43,969 nt of DNA from Pseudomonadota bacterium (GTDB lineage Bacteria > Pseudomonadota > Alphaproteobacteria > Acetobacterales > Acetobacteraceae). The translations under genes were made by a program, and so were the position numbers. Shown piece by piece: positions 26,938 to 39,890 of this stretch (position 1 is the first letter of the stretch; every line of letters starts with the position of its first letter). The notes beneath the pieces were generated by a model, which did not search any database, was not told the DNA's origin, and saw only the letters and a program-made list of their open reading frames with translations. The stretch is from positions 1 through 43,969 of the forward strand of contig JAJXVA010000001.1 in the NCBI GenBank assembly GCA_021782435.1, given 5' to 3'.

Positions 26938-28332
26938 TCAGCCGAGTGCGCCCAGGAACCGCGCATGGCTGCGCATGCCGTGCTTGAAGCAGCGCAGCTC
27001 GAATTTCTCGTTGGGGCTGTGAATCTGGTCGTCATCGAGGCCGAAGCCGAGCATCAGGCTATCCAGCCCCAGCACGCGCTTGAACATCTCGACCACCGGT
27101 ATCGACCCGCCCATGCCGATCAGCAGCGGGTCGCGCCCATATTCCGCGCGCAGCGCCGCCCGGGCGGGGGTGAATAACGGGTTCGTGAGCGCGATCTCGG
27201 TGCCGGGTCCACCGCCCTCGCCCGAGAAACTCAGCTTGGCATCCGCCCCGCCGGGAATGGTGTGTAACTGGTCCCGGACCCATTGCTTGATCCCGGCCAG
27301 GATGCGTTTCGGGTCCTGCCCGGGCACCAGGCGGCAGGTCAGTTTGGCATGGGCCTCGGCCGCGATCACGGTCTTGGAGCCAGGGCCCTGATACCCGCCC
27401 CAGATGCCGTTCAGGTCCGCGGTCGGCCGCGCCCAGAGCCGCTCCAGCGCGGAAAATCCGGCCTCGCCGGCGGGGTGGGCCAGCCCGATTGCGCCCAGAA
27501 AGGCGGCCTCGTCGAACCCGATCGCGCGCCATTGCGCCAGTTCCTCGGCGCTGGGCGGCACGATCCCGTCATAGAAGCCGGGAATCTGCACCCGCCCCTC
27601 GGCGTCATGCAGCCGGCCGAGAATGGCGGTCAGCGCATTGATCGGATTGAGCGCCGAGCCGCCGAACAGGCCGGAGTGCAGGTCCCGCGTGGGGCCCTTG
27701 AGATCGATCTGGATGTAAATCACGCCGCGCAGCCGGGTGGCGAGCGCCGGCGTATCGATGTCCCACATGTTGGTGTCGCTGATCACCGCGGCATCGGCCG
27801 CGAACTCGGCGGCGTTGGCGGCAATGAAAGGCTCCAGGCTCGGGCTGCCCACCTCCTCCTCGCCCTCGAGCACCACCGTGATCTGGGCGGGAATGTGCCC
27901 GGCGGTCTCGTGCCAGGCCCGGAACGCCTCCAGCCACAGCATCACCTGGCCTTTGTCGTCCACCGCGCCGCGCGCCACCATGCGCGGCCCGCGCGGCCCC
28001 TCGACCAGCACCGGCTCGAAGGGCGGGCTCGCCCAGAGCTCCAGCGGGTCGGGCGGCTGCACGTCGTAATGCCCGTAATACAGCAGGCGCGGCGCGCCCT
28101 CGGGGGCGCGGTTGCGGGCCACCACACAGGGCAGGCCCCGCGTTGGGCGAATTTCGGCGGTGAAGCCCGCCTCCGTCAGCCGGGCGGCGGCCCAGGCGGC
28201 GGCCCGTGCACAATCCTCGCCATGGGCGGGGTTGGCGCTGATGCTGGGAATGCGCAGAAACGCCTGCCAGCGCGCCAGCGCGGAATCGAGCCCGGCGTCG
28301 AGGGCAGCCAGAACCTGGTCGGTTTTCGTCAT
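26938..28332 (-). CDS. M20 family metallopeptidase (dipeptidase/ArgE-DapE-CPG2-like)
   Basis: Contains YGHYDVQP, RGAVDDKGQ and EGEEEVGS; 464 aa. ATGA overlap with the upstream aldolase-family gene. Confidence 0.85.
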   Translation of the reverse strand: MTKTDQVLAALDAGLDSALARWQAFLRIPSISANPAHGEDCARAAAWAAARLTEAGFTAEIRPTRGLPCVVARNRAPEGAPRLLYYGHYDVQPPDPLELWASPPFEPVLVEGPRGPRMVARGAVDDKGQVMLWLEAFRAWHETAGHIPAQITVVLEGEEEVGSPSLEPFIAANAAEFAADAAVISDTNMWDIDTPALATRLRGVIYIQIDLKGPTRDLHSGLFGGSALNPINALTAILGRLHDAEGRVQIPGFYDGIVPPSAEELAQWRAIGFDEAAFLGAIGLAHPAGEAGFSALERLWARPTADLNGIWGGYQGPGSKTVIAAEAHAKLTCRLVPGQDPKRILAGIKQWVRDQLHTIPGGADAKLSFSGEGGGPGTEIALTNPLFTPARAALRAEYGRDPLLIGMGGSIPVVEMFKRVLGLDSLMLGFGLDDDQIHSPNEKFELRCFKHGMRSHARFLGALG

Positions 28333-28967
28333 GTCGGTTGGCCCGGTTGTTGTCCGTACGTGGCGTAGCGTGCCAGCGCCGCCTCCATATCAGCCTCCGA
28401 CAGGCAGCGCACGGGGCCGGCGGCGCGGGCCAGCAGATATTGCCGGCACAGCATCTCCAGCTTGACCGCGCGGGTGAGCGCCGTCCGCCCGTCCGGCCCG
28501 TGGCAGATCATGCCGTGATGCGCCAGCAGGCAGGCGCTCCGGCCCTCAATGGCGGCGGCGGCGTGGGCGGCCAGTTGCGGCGTGCCGAACGTCGCATAAG
28601 GGGCGCAGCGCACATCATGCCCGCCGAATTCGGCCAGCATGTAATGAAACGGCGGCAGCCCCTCATCGAGGCACGAAAGCGCCACCGCGGCATCGGAATG
28701 GGTATGAACGATGACCCGCGCCGCCGGCTCCACCTGGTAAATCGCGGCATGCATCGCCCATTCGCTCGAGGGCAGCCAGCCTCCAGCGAACTTGCCCGCG
28801 AAATCCATGGTGACGATATCGGCCGCGGTCACCGTATCGGTGCGGATGCCGGTGGCACTGATCGCCATGCCGGCGCCACGGCGCGCGCTGACATTGCCGG
28901 CATTGGCCTCGGTCAGGCGGTGGCGGCCAAGGTCACGCAACAGGTCCGCGAGGTCCTGATCGGTCAT
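28329..28967 (-). CDS. class II aldolase/adducin-domain protein
   Basis: Contains NAGNVSAR, VHTHS and HHGMICHG. Start at the ATG at 28967 (MTDQDLADLL), overlapping the TetR stop as ATGA. Confidence 0.8.
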   Translation of the reverse strand: MTDQDLADLLRDLGRHRLTEANAGNVSARRGAGMAISATGIRTDTVTAADIVTMDFAGKFAGGWLPSSEWAMHAAIYQVEPAARVIVHTHSDAAVALSCLDEGLPPFHYMLAEFGGHDVRCAPYATFGTPQLAAHAAAAIEGRSACLLAHHGMICHGPDGRTALTRAVKLEMLCRQYLLARAAGPVRCLSEADMEAALARYATYGQQPGQPT

Positions 28968-29578
28968 CGGCGGCGGTACCGCGCGAGAAAGGTCTCGACC
29001 GCGCCTTGCGCCACCCGGTCGATCGCGCGCGCGTCCGGCGCGTCGATCAGGTGCAGCCGATACGGGGTCACGATCTCCGCCTGGCACAGCGCAAAAAACT
29101 GCTCGGCGGCAAACTCCGGGTCGGCCACGCTCAGCCGGCCCTGCCCGACCTCGCCCTCGATCCAACGCGCCAAAATCTGCACCGAGTTCTTCTTGCCAGC
29201 CTTGATGAAGGCCTCCGCCAGTTCGGGAAACGTCTCGGCCTCACTGATGACCATCCGATAAACCGACCGCGCCTGCGGCGAAACCATCAGCGCAACCAGG
29301 CGCCGCCCGAACTCCAGCAGCGCCGCTTCCGGCTGCGCCGCCGGATCGACCGGCCGCAACAGCGGCTCGAAACAGGTCGCGCAGCGCTGCGCGACATACG
29401 CCGCGAACAGATCGGCCTTGCTTTCAAAATGGTTGTACAACGTCCCCTTCGAGACATTGGATTCGCGCGCGATCTGCGACATCGACGCGCCCTCATACCC
29501 GTCCCGGTCAAAAATCGTGGCTGCCCCCTGCAGGATTTGCGCCCGCTTCTCCGGTGACAGCAGATCAGGATCGATCAT
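28964..29578 (-). CDS. TetR/AcrR family transcriptional regulator
   Basis: N-terminal HTH: GYEGASMSQIARESNVSKGTLYNHFESK. Confidence 0.9.
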   Translation of the reverse strand: MIDPDLLSPEKRAQILQGAATIFDRDGYEGASMSQIARESNVSKGTLYNHFESKADLFAAYVAQRCATCFEPLLRPVDPAAQPEAALLEFGRRLVALMVSPQARSVYRMVISEAETFPELAEAFIKAGKKNSVQILARWIEGEVGQGRLSVADPEFAAEQFFALCQAEIVTPYRLHLIDAPDARAIDRVAQGAVETFLARYRRR

Positions 29579-29689
29579 CGTTCACGGCCCTCCCGCGCCT
29601 CGACCATTGACGCTGATCATTTGGAAGCGCATCTGGGAAACGGAATGACTGAACGGATCGGTCAGCGCAAGGGGCAGGATTTTCCGATC

Positions 29690-31270
29690 ATGAAATCGGT
29701 GCGGGGAATGCGGTGTCGGGCGCTTGGCGCGGTGGCACTCACGGCGTTGCTGGCGGGCTGCGCGGTCGGGCCGGATTTCAAAACCCCGACGCCGCCGAGC
29801 GCCGGCAATTTCTGGCCGAAGGCCGCTGGCGTGAAGCCGGTCAGCGCCGAGGTCAGCCAGGCGGCGCCCGCCCCGGTCGACCCGGATTGGTGGACCGAAT
29901 TCCACGACCCGGAACTGACCGCGCTCGAAACCCGCCTCGCCGGCGCCAATCTCGACGTGGCCACGGCCATGACCCGGTTCACGCAAAGCCGGGCGCAGTT
30001 TTCCGCCGCCGCCGCGAACGCCCTGCCCAGCCTCGAGGGCAGCGGGTCCTATACCCACCAACTGCCCAGCAAAAACGGCGTCCTGTCCCTGTTCTCCGGC
30101 GCCGCGGGCCCCGCCTTCGGCGGCCAGGGCGGTTTGGCCAGCGGCAGCGCCAGCACGCTCGGCGGGTTCCCGAACGCGTTCAACATCAATCCGTTCGATG
30201 TCTATCAATATGGCTTCGATGCCAGCTGGGAGCTCGATCTGTGGGGCCAGGTCCGGCGTCAGGAGGAGGCCGCCCGCGCCAACGCCCAGGCCGCCGCCGA
30301 ACTGGCCCGTGAGGCTCTGGTCTCCGCCGAGGCCGAACTCGCCCGCGACTATATCGACCTGCGCGGCACCGAGCGTGAACGGGCCATCGTTCAGCGCGAT
30401 ATCGCCACCTTCTCCCATACCGTGGACCTGACCAAGGGCCGCGCCAGCGCCGGGCTCAGCGCCGACCTCGACCTCGCCAATGCCCGCGCCGAACTGGCCG
30501 CGGCCCAGGCCCAACTGCCGCAACTGACCGCGCGCGCCACGGAATTGCGCAACGCGGTCGCATTGCTGCTGGGCAAGCCCCCCGGCGCGATGGACCAGGA
30601 ACTCGGCACCAGCACGGCGCTGCCGCCGGTGCCGCCCAGCGTCCCGGTCGGCCTGCCGTCCGACCTGCTGCGCCGCCGGCCCGATATCCGCGCCGCCGAG
30701 GCCAATCTGCACGCCGCCACCGCCAATATCGGCGTCGCGGTCTCCAACTTCTTTCCCCAGATCTCCCTCACCGGCAGTTTCGGCTTCCAGTCCCTGCAAC
30801 TCGCCACCATCGGCCAGTGGGCGGCGCAGCAATACGGGGTCGGGCCCACCATCACCCTGCCGATCTTTCAAGGCGGCCGGTTGCGCGCCGAATTGCGCCT
30901 GAGCCGCGCGCGCCAGCGGGAAGCCGCCATCGCCTACCGCAAAACCGTGCTTGCCGCGTTTCATGACGTGAGCAACGCCTTGACCGATTACGCGGCCGAG
31001 CAGGCCCGGCGCGAACGGCTGCAGGCCCAGGCCACGCAGGACAAAATCGCGTTCACCCTGGCCACCCAACGCTACCGCTCCGGTCTATCGAGTTTCATCG
31101 ACGTGCTGGACGCCGAGCGGCAGGACCTCCAGGCCGAGCAGGACCTGGCCACCAGCACCACCGCCGTCGGCACCGACCTCGTGGCGCTCTACAAGGCCCT
31201 CGGCGGCGGTTGGGAACAAACCATGCCGGCCACCCAGACCCTGGCCGCGAACCAGGGTGGTGCCGGGTGA
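29690..31270 (+). CDS. efflux outer-membrane factor lipoprotein, NodT family
   Basis: Lipobox LLAGC followed by AVGPDFKTP, the two OEP repeats and C-terminal LYKALGGGW. Start at the ATG at 29690. Confidence 0.88.
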   Translation: MKSVRGMRCRALGAVALTALLAGCAVGPDFKTPTPPSAGNFWPKAAGVKPVSAEVSQAAPAPVDPDWWTEFHDPELTALETRLAGANLDVATAMTRFTQSRAQFSAAAANALPSLEGSGSYTHQLPSKNGVLSLFSGAAGPAFGGQGGLASGSASTLGGFPNAFNINPFDVYQYGFDASWELDLWGQVRRQEEAARANAQAAAELAREALVSAEAELARDYIDLRGTERERAIVQRDIATFSHTVDLTKGRASAGLSADLDLANARAELAAAQAQLPQLTARATELRNAVALLLGKPPGAMDQELGTSTALPPVPPSVPVGLPSDLLRRRPDIRAAEANLHAATANIGVAVSNFFPQISLTGSFGFQSLQLATIGQWAAQQYGVGPTITLPIFQGGRLRAELRLSRARQREAAIAYRKTVLAAFHDVSNALTDYAAEQARRERLQAQATQDKIAFTLATQRYRSGLSSFIDVLDAERQDLQAEQDLATSTTAVGTDLVALYKALGGGWEQTMPATQTLAANQGGAG

Positions 31271-31332
31271 GGGATTTGAACCCCCGGCCTTCGGTTTACA
31301 AAACCGCTGCACTACCCCTGTGCTAACCCGGC
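31258..31332 (-). tRNA. tRNA-Thr (anticodon UGU), CCA encoded
   Basis: Folded by hand as GCCGGGT-TA-GCAC-AGGGGTA-GTGC-A-GCGGT-TTTGTAA-ACCGA-AGGCC-GGGGG-TTCAAAT-CCCTC-ACCCGGC-A-CCA. It has a 7-bp acceptor stem, U33 and the TGT anticodon. Confidence 0.9.
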
Positions 31333-31379
31333 GCCCACACCCTGTATGCCGCATGGGACGAAGAAAGTCAGGGTAAGCA

Positions 31380-31403
31380 GCGACTTTTTTGCAAAAAAGT
31401 CGC
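31380..31403. repeat. perfect 24-nt palindrome GCGACTTTTTTGCAAAAAAGTCGC
   Basis: Read directly; the reverse complement is identical. A further GCGACTTT half-site lies at 31597-31604. Confidence 0.85.
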
Positions 31404-31679
31404 GCAAAAAACTCTTGTCACTGGTGTCGGGAATCATCGGCCTTCGTCTCGCCGGGTGACATCGGATGCGTCGGGCGGGCTGCACCCGCCGAAGCAAGAA
31501 CGAAACTTTGCTTGGCCGCGTAGCGGCCGTTATTGCCGATGCTCGCCCCCGAAACGCGCCCGGCGCCAGGTACACGGCGTTGATGAAAAAAACTTTGCGA
31601 CTTTGGGGCTGGGGGACAAGTCAGGCGCGGTGCTCCGACGACGATTTCTTGGAAAAAAACTGTGATTGTCTGCCCATGT

Positions 31680-32423
31680 TCAGGCCGCTTTGCGGATGGC
31701 GCAGATGGACTGACCGAGATTGCCGAATTTTTCCATGACGCGACCATCGGATAAGGTGAGAGGTGCGGGAAGGGGCACGAAGACATCGCCGCCGTCGCGG
31801 AATTCGATGAGGTCGAGCCCGAGCTTCTCTATGAAGCGGTTGATGGCGGTGCGTTCGAGAAACATGTTCAGCGGATGTGGGCCCTGGGCTAGTTCGTCCC
31901 GAACGGTGGCCTCGAACACGTTCCAGTGGAAATCGATCGCGAATTCGAGGAACGAAAACACGATGACGCCGCCAGGCTTCAGCACGCGACGCGCCTCGGT
32001 GAGATAGAGATAGGTTTGTTCGTGCAGCAGATGAGTGAAGGCGGAGAAGAAGCAGACGAAATCGGCGCTGGAGTCTGCCGCGCGAATTACGATTTTATCG
32101 ACCACCTCGAAACGCCAATCGGAACGGTTCGCGAGCTTGCGTGCATGGCTTACGAGGTCGGGCACCACGTCAGTGCCTAAATAGGAACCATGAAGGAAAT
32201 GGCTGAGTGGTTGCGCCAAACGTCCTGCGCCACATCCAACATCAATGACGCACATCTCAGAGGTCAAACCGAAATATCGAAGTATCTCAAGCTCGACTAT
32301 GCCGAAGGCAGCAAACTCCCCGCCAATTGCGGCCTCTAGTCCGGCCACCCCGGACGCTCTGCAGTTAGCCGTCACCCATTCTTTATAGGTTCTGCTCTGA
32401 TCAAGCCTACGGGGTTTTAACAT
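31680..32423 (-). CDS. class I SAM-dependent methyltransferase (low-G+C gene)
   Basis: Motif I VIDVGCGAGRL and post-II/III LKPGGVIVFSF. G+C is clearly lower than in the flanking genes. Confidence 0.75.
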   Translation of the reverse strand: MLKPRRLDQSRTYKEWVTANCRASGVAGLEAAIGGEFAAFGIVELEILRYFGLTSEMCVIDVGCGAGRLAQPLSHFLHGSYLGTDVVPDLVSHARKLANRSDWRFEVVDKIVIRAADSSADFVCFFSAFTHLLHEQTYLYLTEARRVLKPGGVIVFSFLEFAIDFHWNVFEATVRDELAQGPHPLNMFLERTAINRFIEKLGLDLIEFRDGGDVFVPLPAPLTLSDGRVMEKFGNLGQSICAIRKAA

Positions 32424-32571
32424 AAAAGGCCTGCGTGGAATTGCCTCTCAGCTGAAAGTATCCCGCCTAGATTGTCAAGGCACTTCGTCGGAATTTCGCC
32501 ACAAGGTTTTGTTCTGAGCGAGATAGACGATTTCGTCATTTTACCGACTTTTCAATGGCACTTATGATCAT

Positions 32572-33036
32572 ATGGATTCCACGACTGCGGGCGACGGCGG
32601 TTATATGACGCAATTAACTCTCGGTTCTCCCTGGAGCAGCGCTGCCGCCCTTCCAGGGCTTACCGAAATTGAGAGGCTCTACAACAGCGCAACTGGTGAC
32701 CACGCTACCGTGGATTACGGCTCAAGTCTTCCAGGATACGGTCTGGACGGTTTGTTTGGCAGATACGGATATAAGCGCTACGGCAATAACAGTAGCATTT
32801 TTCTGAGCTACTCCGGCGGCGGAGTAACCGGGCAATCTGACTATATAGCCGGCGGAGCAACCGCCACGTGGACCTGGGACGGAGTCCAGTTCATCAACAC
32901 TCACGACCACGGACGTTATATGCAGTCGGACCTTTTTTTCTACGATAACGCCGGCAATCTCCGCGCCGCCGGAACGGCAGTTGGGATGGATGAGACGTAT
33001 CCGCGCGACGTCCGCCCCGAGTTTGTGTCAGGCTAA
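32572..33036 (+). CDS. hypothetical protein, Gly/Tyr-rich, no recognisable domain
   Basis: It is the only sizeable ORF in a low-G+C stretch. No signal peptide or motif that I recognise. The start is uncertain (alternative ATG at 32605). Confidence 0.4.
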   Translation: MDSTTAGDGGYMTQLTLGSPWSSAAALPGLTEIERLYNSATGDHATVDYGSSLPGYGLDGLFGRYGYKRYGNNSSIFLSYSGGGVTGQSDYIAGGATATWTWDGVQFINTHDHGRYMQSDLFFYDNAGNLRAAGTAVGMDETYPRDVRPEFVSG

Positions 33037-33186
33037 GTTGACAGATAACCAGGTCCCTTCCCTTGACCTGAATCAACCAAGGCGGCGCCGCCTCGTGCCG
33101 GCACGACCGAAACTCGTGGTCCTCACAGTGACCCGAAGCGCGCGGAGACGCCTTGCTCCGTGCCGTGCCGCCCCATGGGTCCGGGG

Positions 33187-37912
<4,726 letters not shown>

Positions 37913-37936
37913 GAACAGCGCGAAACCCCGCCGGGG

Positions 37937-38776
37937 TTAAAACAACCAGCCAAGGCTGCGGTGAATGACGCCGCCATTATCCGCCCGCCCGATCACCCGG
38001 CCGTTGACCAGCTTATCCTCGAGCAACTGGTTCCAGGTATCCTCATACCAGATGCTGCCCGGGTAATTATGCGCCAGCACGCTGGCGGTGCGGCGGGCCT
38101 CGTCCGGCATGTCCAGCGCCAGGTAGATCTCGGTCAGCCGCGCCAGCGCCTCGGGCACATGGTTGGTGGTCTGGAAGTCGTCCACCACGCGCTGATAGCG
38201 TCCAATCGCCGCGGCATACAGGTGCTGCTTCTGATAGAAGCGTCCAATCGCCATCTCCTTGCCGGCCAGGTGGTCGCGGCAGAGATCGATCTTCAGGCTG
38301 GCATCCCGGGCATAGGCGCTGTTGGGAAAGCGGTTCACCACTTCCTGCAGCGCCGTCATCGCATCCACGGTGTTCTTCTGGTCGCGCTGGATGTCGGATA
38401 TCTGCTCGTAATAACACAGCGCGCGCAGGTAATACACATAAGCTATGTCCGGGCTCTGCGGGTGCAGCTGAATATACCGGTCCAGGCTGCCTATGGCGTC
38501 GGTGAATTTCTGCTGCAGATAATCGGCGTAGCCTTCCATCAGCTGGGCCTGCGTCGCCCACGACGAATACGGGTAGAATTGCTGGATGTTATCGAAATCG
38601 GTCTGCGCGATGTGATAGTAGCGCGCCGTCATGGCATCCAGTCCACGGCTGTACAGCGTGCCGGGATCGACCGTCGTCGGGTCGATTTTCGACAGCGCGA
38701 GCAACGAACCCTCCTTCTCGCCGCAGGCGGCGAGCAGCAGAAGCAGCGACAGCGCGGCAAAGACGGGTTTGTTCAT
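37937..38776 (-). CDS. bamD: outer membrane protein assembly factor BamD
   Basis: Lipobox LLLAAC at the N-terminus (MNKPVFAALSLLLLLAACG) and TPR-like repeats (YYLRALCYYEQ, RFPNSAYARDA). Start at the ATG at 38776. The 209-aa upstream extension of the track ORF is rejected. Confidence 0.9.
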   Translation of the reverse strand: MNKPVFAALSLLLLLAACGEKEGSLLALSKIDPTTVDPGTLYSRGLDAMTARYYHIAQTDFDNIQQFYPYSSWATQAQLMEGYADYLQQKFTDAIGSLDRYIQLHPQSPDIAYVYYLRALCYYEQISDIQRDQKNTVDAMTALQEVVNRFPNSAYARDASLKIDLCRDHLAGKEMAIGRFYQKQHLYAAAIGRYQRVVDDFQTTNHVPEALARLTEIYLALDMPDEARRTASVLAHNYPGSIWYEDTWNQLLEDKLVNGRVIGRADNGGVIHRSLGWLF

Positions 38777-38841
38777 CGACCAATCCGAAAGGCAAACGGG
38801 CGGGCAAGGCTTACACCGCCGGCGCCGGGTTGGCCAGAACC

Positions 38842-39825
38842 TCAGCCGATCAGCGTCCAAAGCCGGAACAGCGCGGTTTCCAGCCAGGTTTGCCGGCGCA
38901 GGCGGTGGCGCAGCACGGCCCGCAGCCGCATGGTCCAGGGGCCGCGCATGGCGCGCTCCAGCTCGCTCGCCATGCGGTGCGCCTGTGGCGTCAGCAAATC
39001 CGGGCGGCCGACCAGCGCGGCCAGATGCAGCCGGAACACCGCCATGAACGCGTCCGGGCCGCGCCGCAGCGCCGCCAGCGCCCGCCGCCAGCTGGCATGG
39101 GGCGCGCCAATCAGGTTGCCCGCGTGCTGCCGGTACAGCATCACCGGCTCCGGGTCGGCAATCACCGTGCCGCCAGCGCCGGCCACCAGCAGATAGCTCC
39201 ACCAATCGTGCAGGGCCCCTTGCGGCGGGGGGGCCGCGCGCAGCAACGCCGCCGCCGCCGGGTTCAGCATCACGGTACATCCGGTGGCAATGTTGCCGGC
39301 CAGCGCCCGCGCGAAATCCTCCGCCAGTTCGGGTCGGCGCGGCAGCGCCAGCGACAGGCCCAGCCGGTTCAGCCGCGCATCCACCAGCACCTGGCGCGCG
39401 CAATACAGCGCTGGGCGGCCCGGCGGCACGCGCGCCAGCGCGCTCAGCGCGCGGTCCAGCTTGTCCGGCAGCCAGATATCGTCCTGGTCGCAGAAGGCCA
39501 GCGCCGCGTCTGCCGGGGCGGCAACCGCCAGGGCATGATAGGAAGCGGCCACCCCGATCCGGCCGCTCGGGCTCGCCAGCCGCCGCACCCGCCCGGGATG
39601 CGCCAGCGCGAAATGCTCGAGCAACCCCACCGTGCCGTCCGACGACCCGTCATCGCGCCAGAGCAGGCACCAGTCCGGTCCGGCCTGCGCCGCAAGGCTC
39701 GCCAGCTGGTCCGGCAAAAAGGTCGCGCCGTTGAACGTGGCCAGCAAAATACTGGCCGCGGTCGCGGTGCGCTGCGGCGCCAGGGGGGTGCTGCCGGCGC
39801 GCGGGGCTTCGAGCAGGTCGGACAC
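38842..39825 (-). CDS. glycosyltransferase family 2
   Basis: Contains SILLATFNGATFLPDQLASL, WRDDGSSDGT and FCDQDDIW (DxD). I favour the GTG at 39825, which is preceded by AAGGTGGGGG. The ATG at 39960 would overlap rfbD by 70 nt. Confidence 0.7.
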   Translation of the reverse strand: MSDLLEAPRAGSTPLAPQRTATAASILLATFNGATFLPDQLASLAAQAGPDWCLLWRDDGSSDGTVGLLEHFALAHPGRVRRLASPSGRIGVAASYHALAVAAPADAALAFCDQDDIWLPDKLDRALSALARVPPGRPALYCARQVLVDARLNRLGLSLALPRRPELAEDFARALAGNIATGCTVMLNPAAAALLRAAPPPQGALHDWWSYLLVAGAGGTVIADPEPVMLYRQHAGNLIGAPHASWRRALAALRRGPDAFMAVFRLHLAALVGRPDLLTPQAHRMASELERAMRGPWTMRLRAVLRHRLRRQTWLETALFRLWTLIG

Positions 39826-39890
39826 ACCCCCACCTTTGGCACGGACCGGGTGCGAAAGTAAGGGTTCCCGCGCCGGGCTTGGTTCGGCGT

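Noticed and set aside
29582-31069. 495-aa minus-strand ORF opposite the NodT gene
   Set aside because: It is antisense to an OMF gene with a lipobox and a conserved C-terminus. The translation is Gly/Ala/Arg-rich with no motif.
31418-31786. Short ORFs (87-122 aa) in the tRNA-proximal spacer
   Set aside because: They overlap each other and the methyltransferase 3' end. Their translations are Arg/Cys/Trp-rich and not protein-like, and they have no RBS.
31333-33186. Integrated mobile element or prophage at tRNA-Thr
   Set aside because: There is no integrase, transposase or phage gene and no convincing direct repeat of the tRNA end. I report it only as a compositionally atypical islet.
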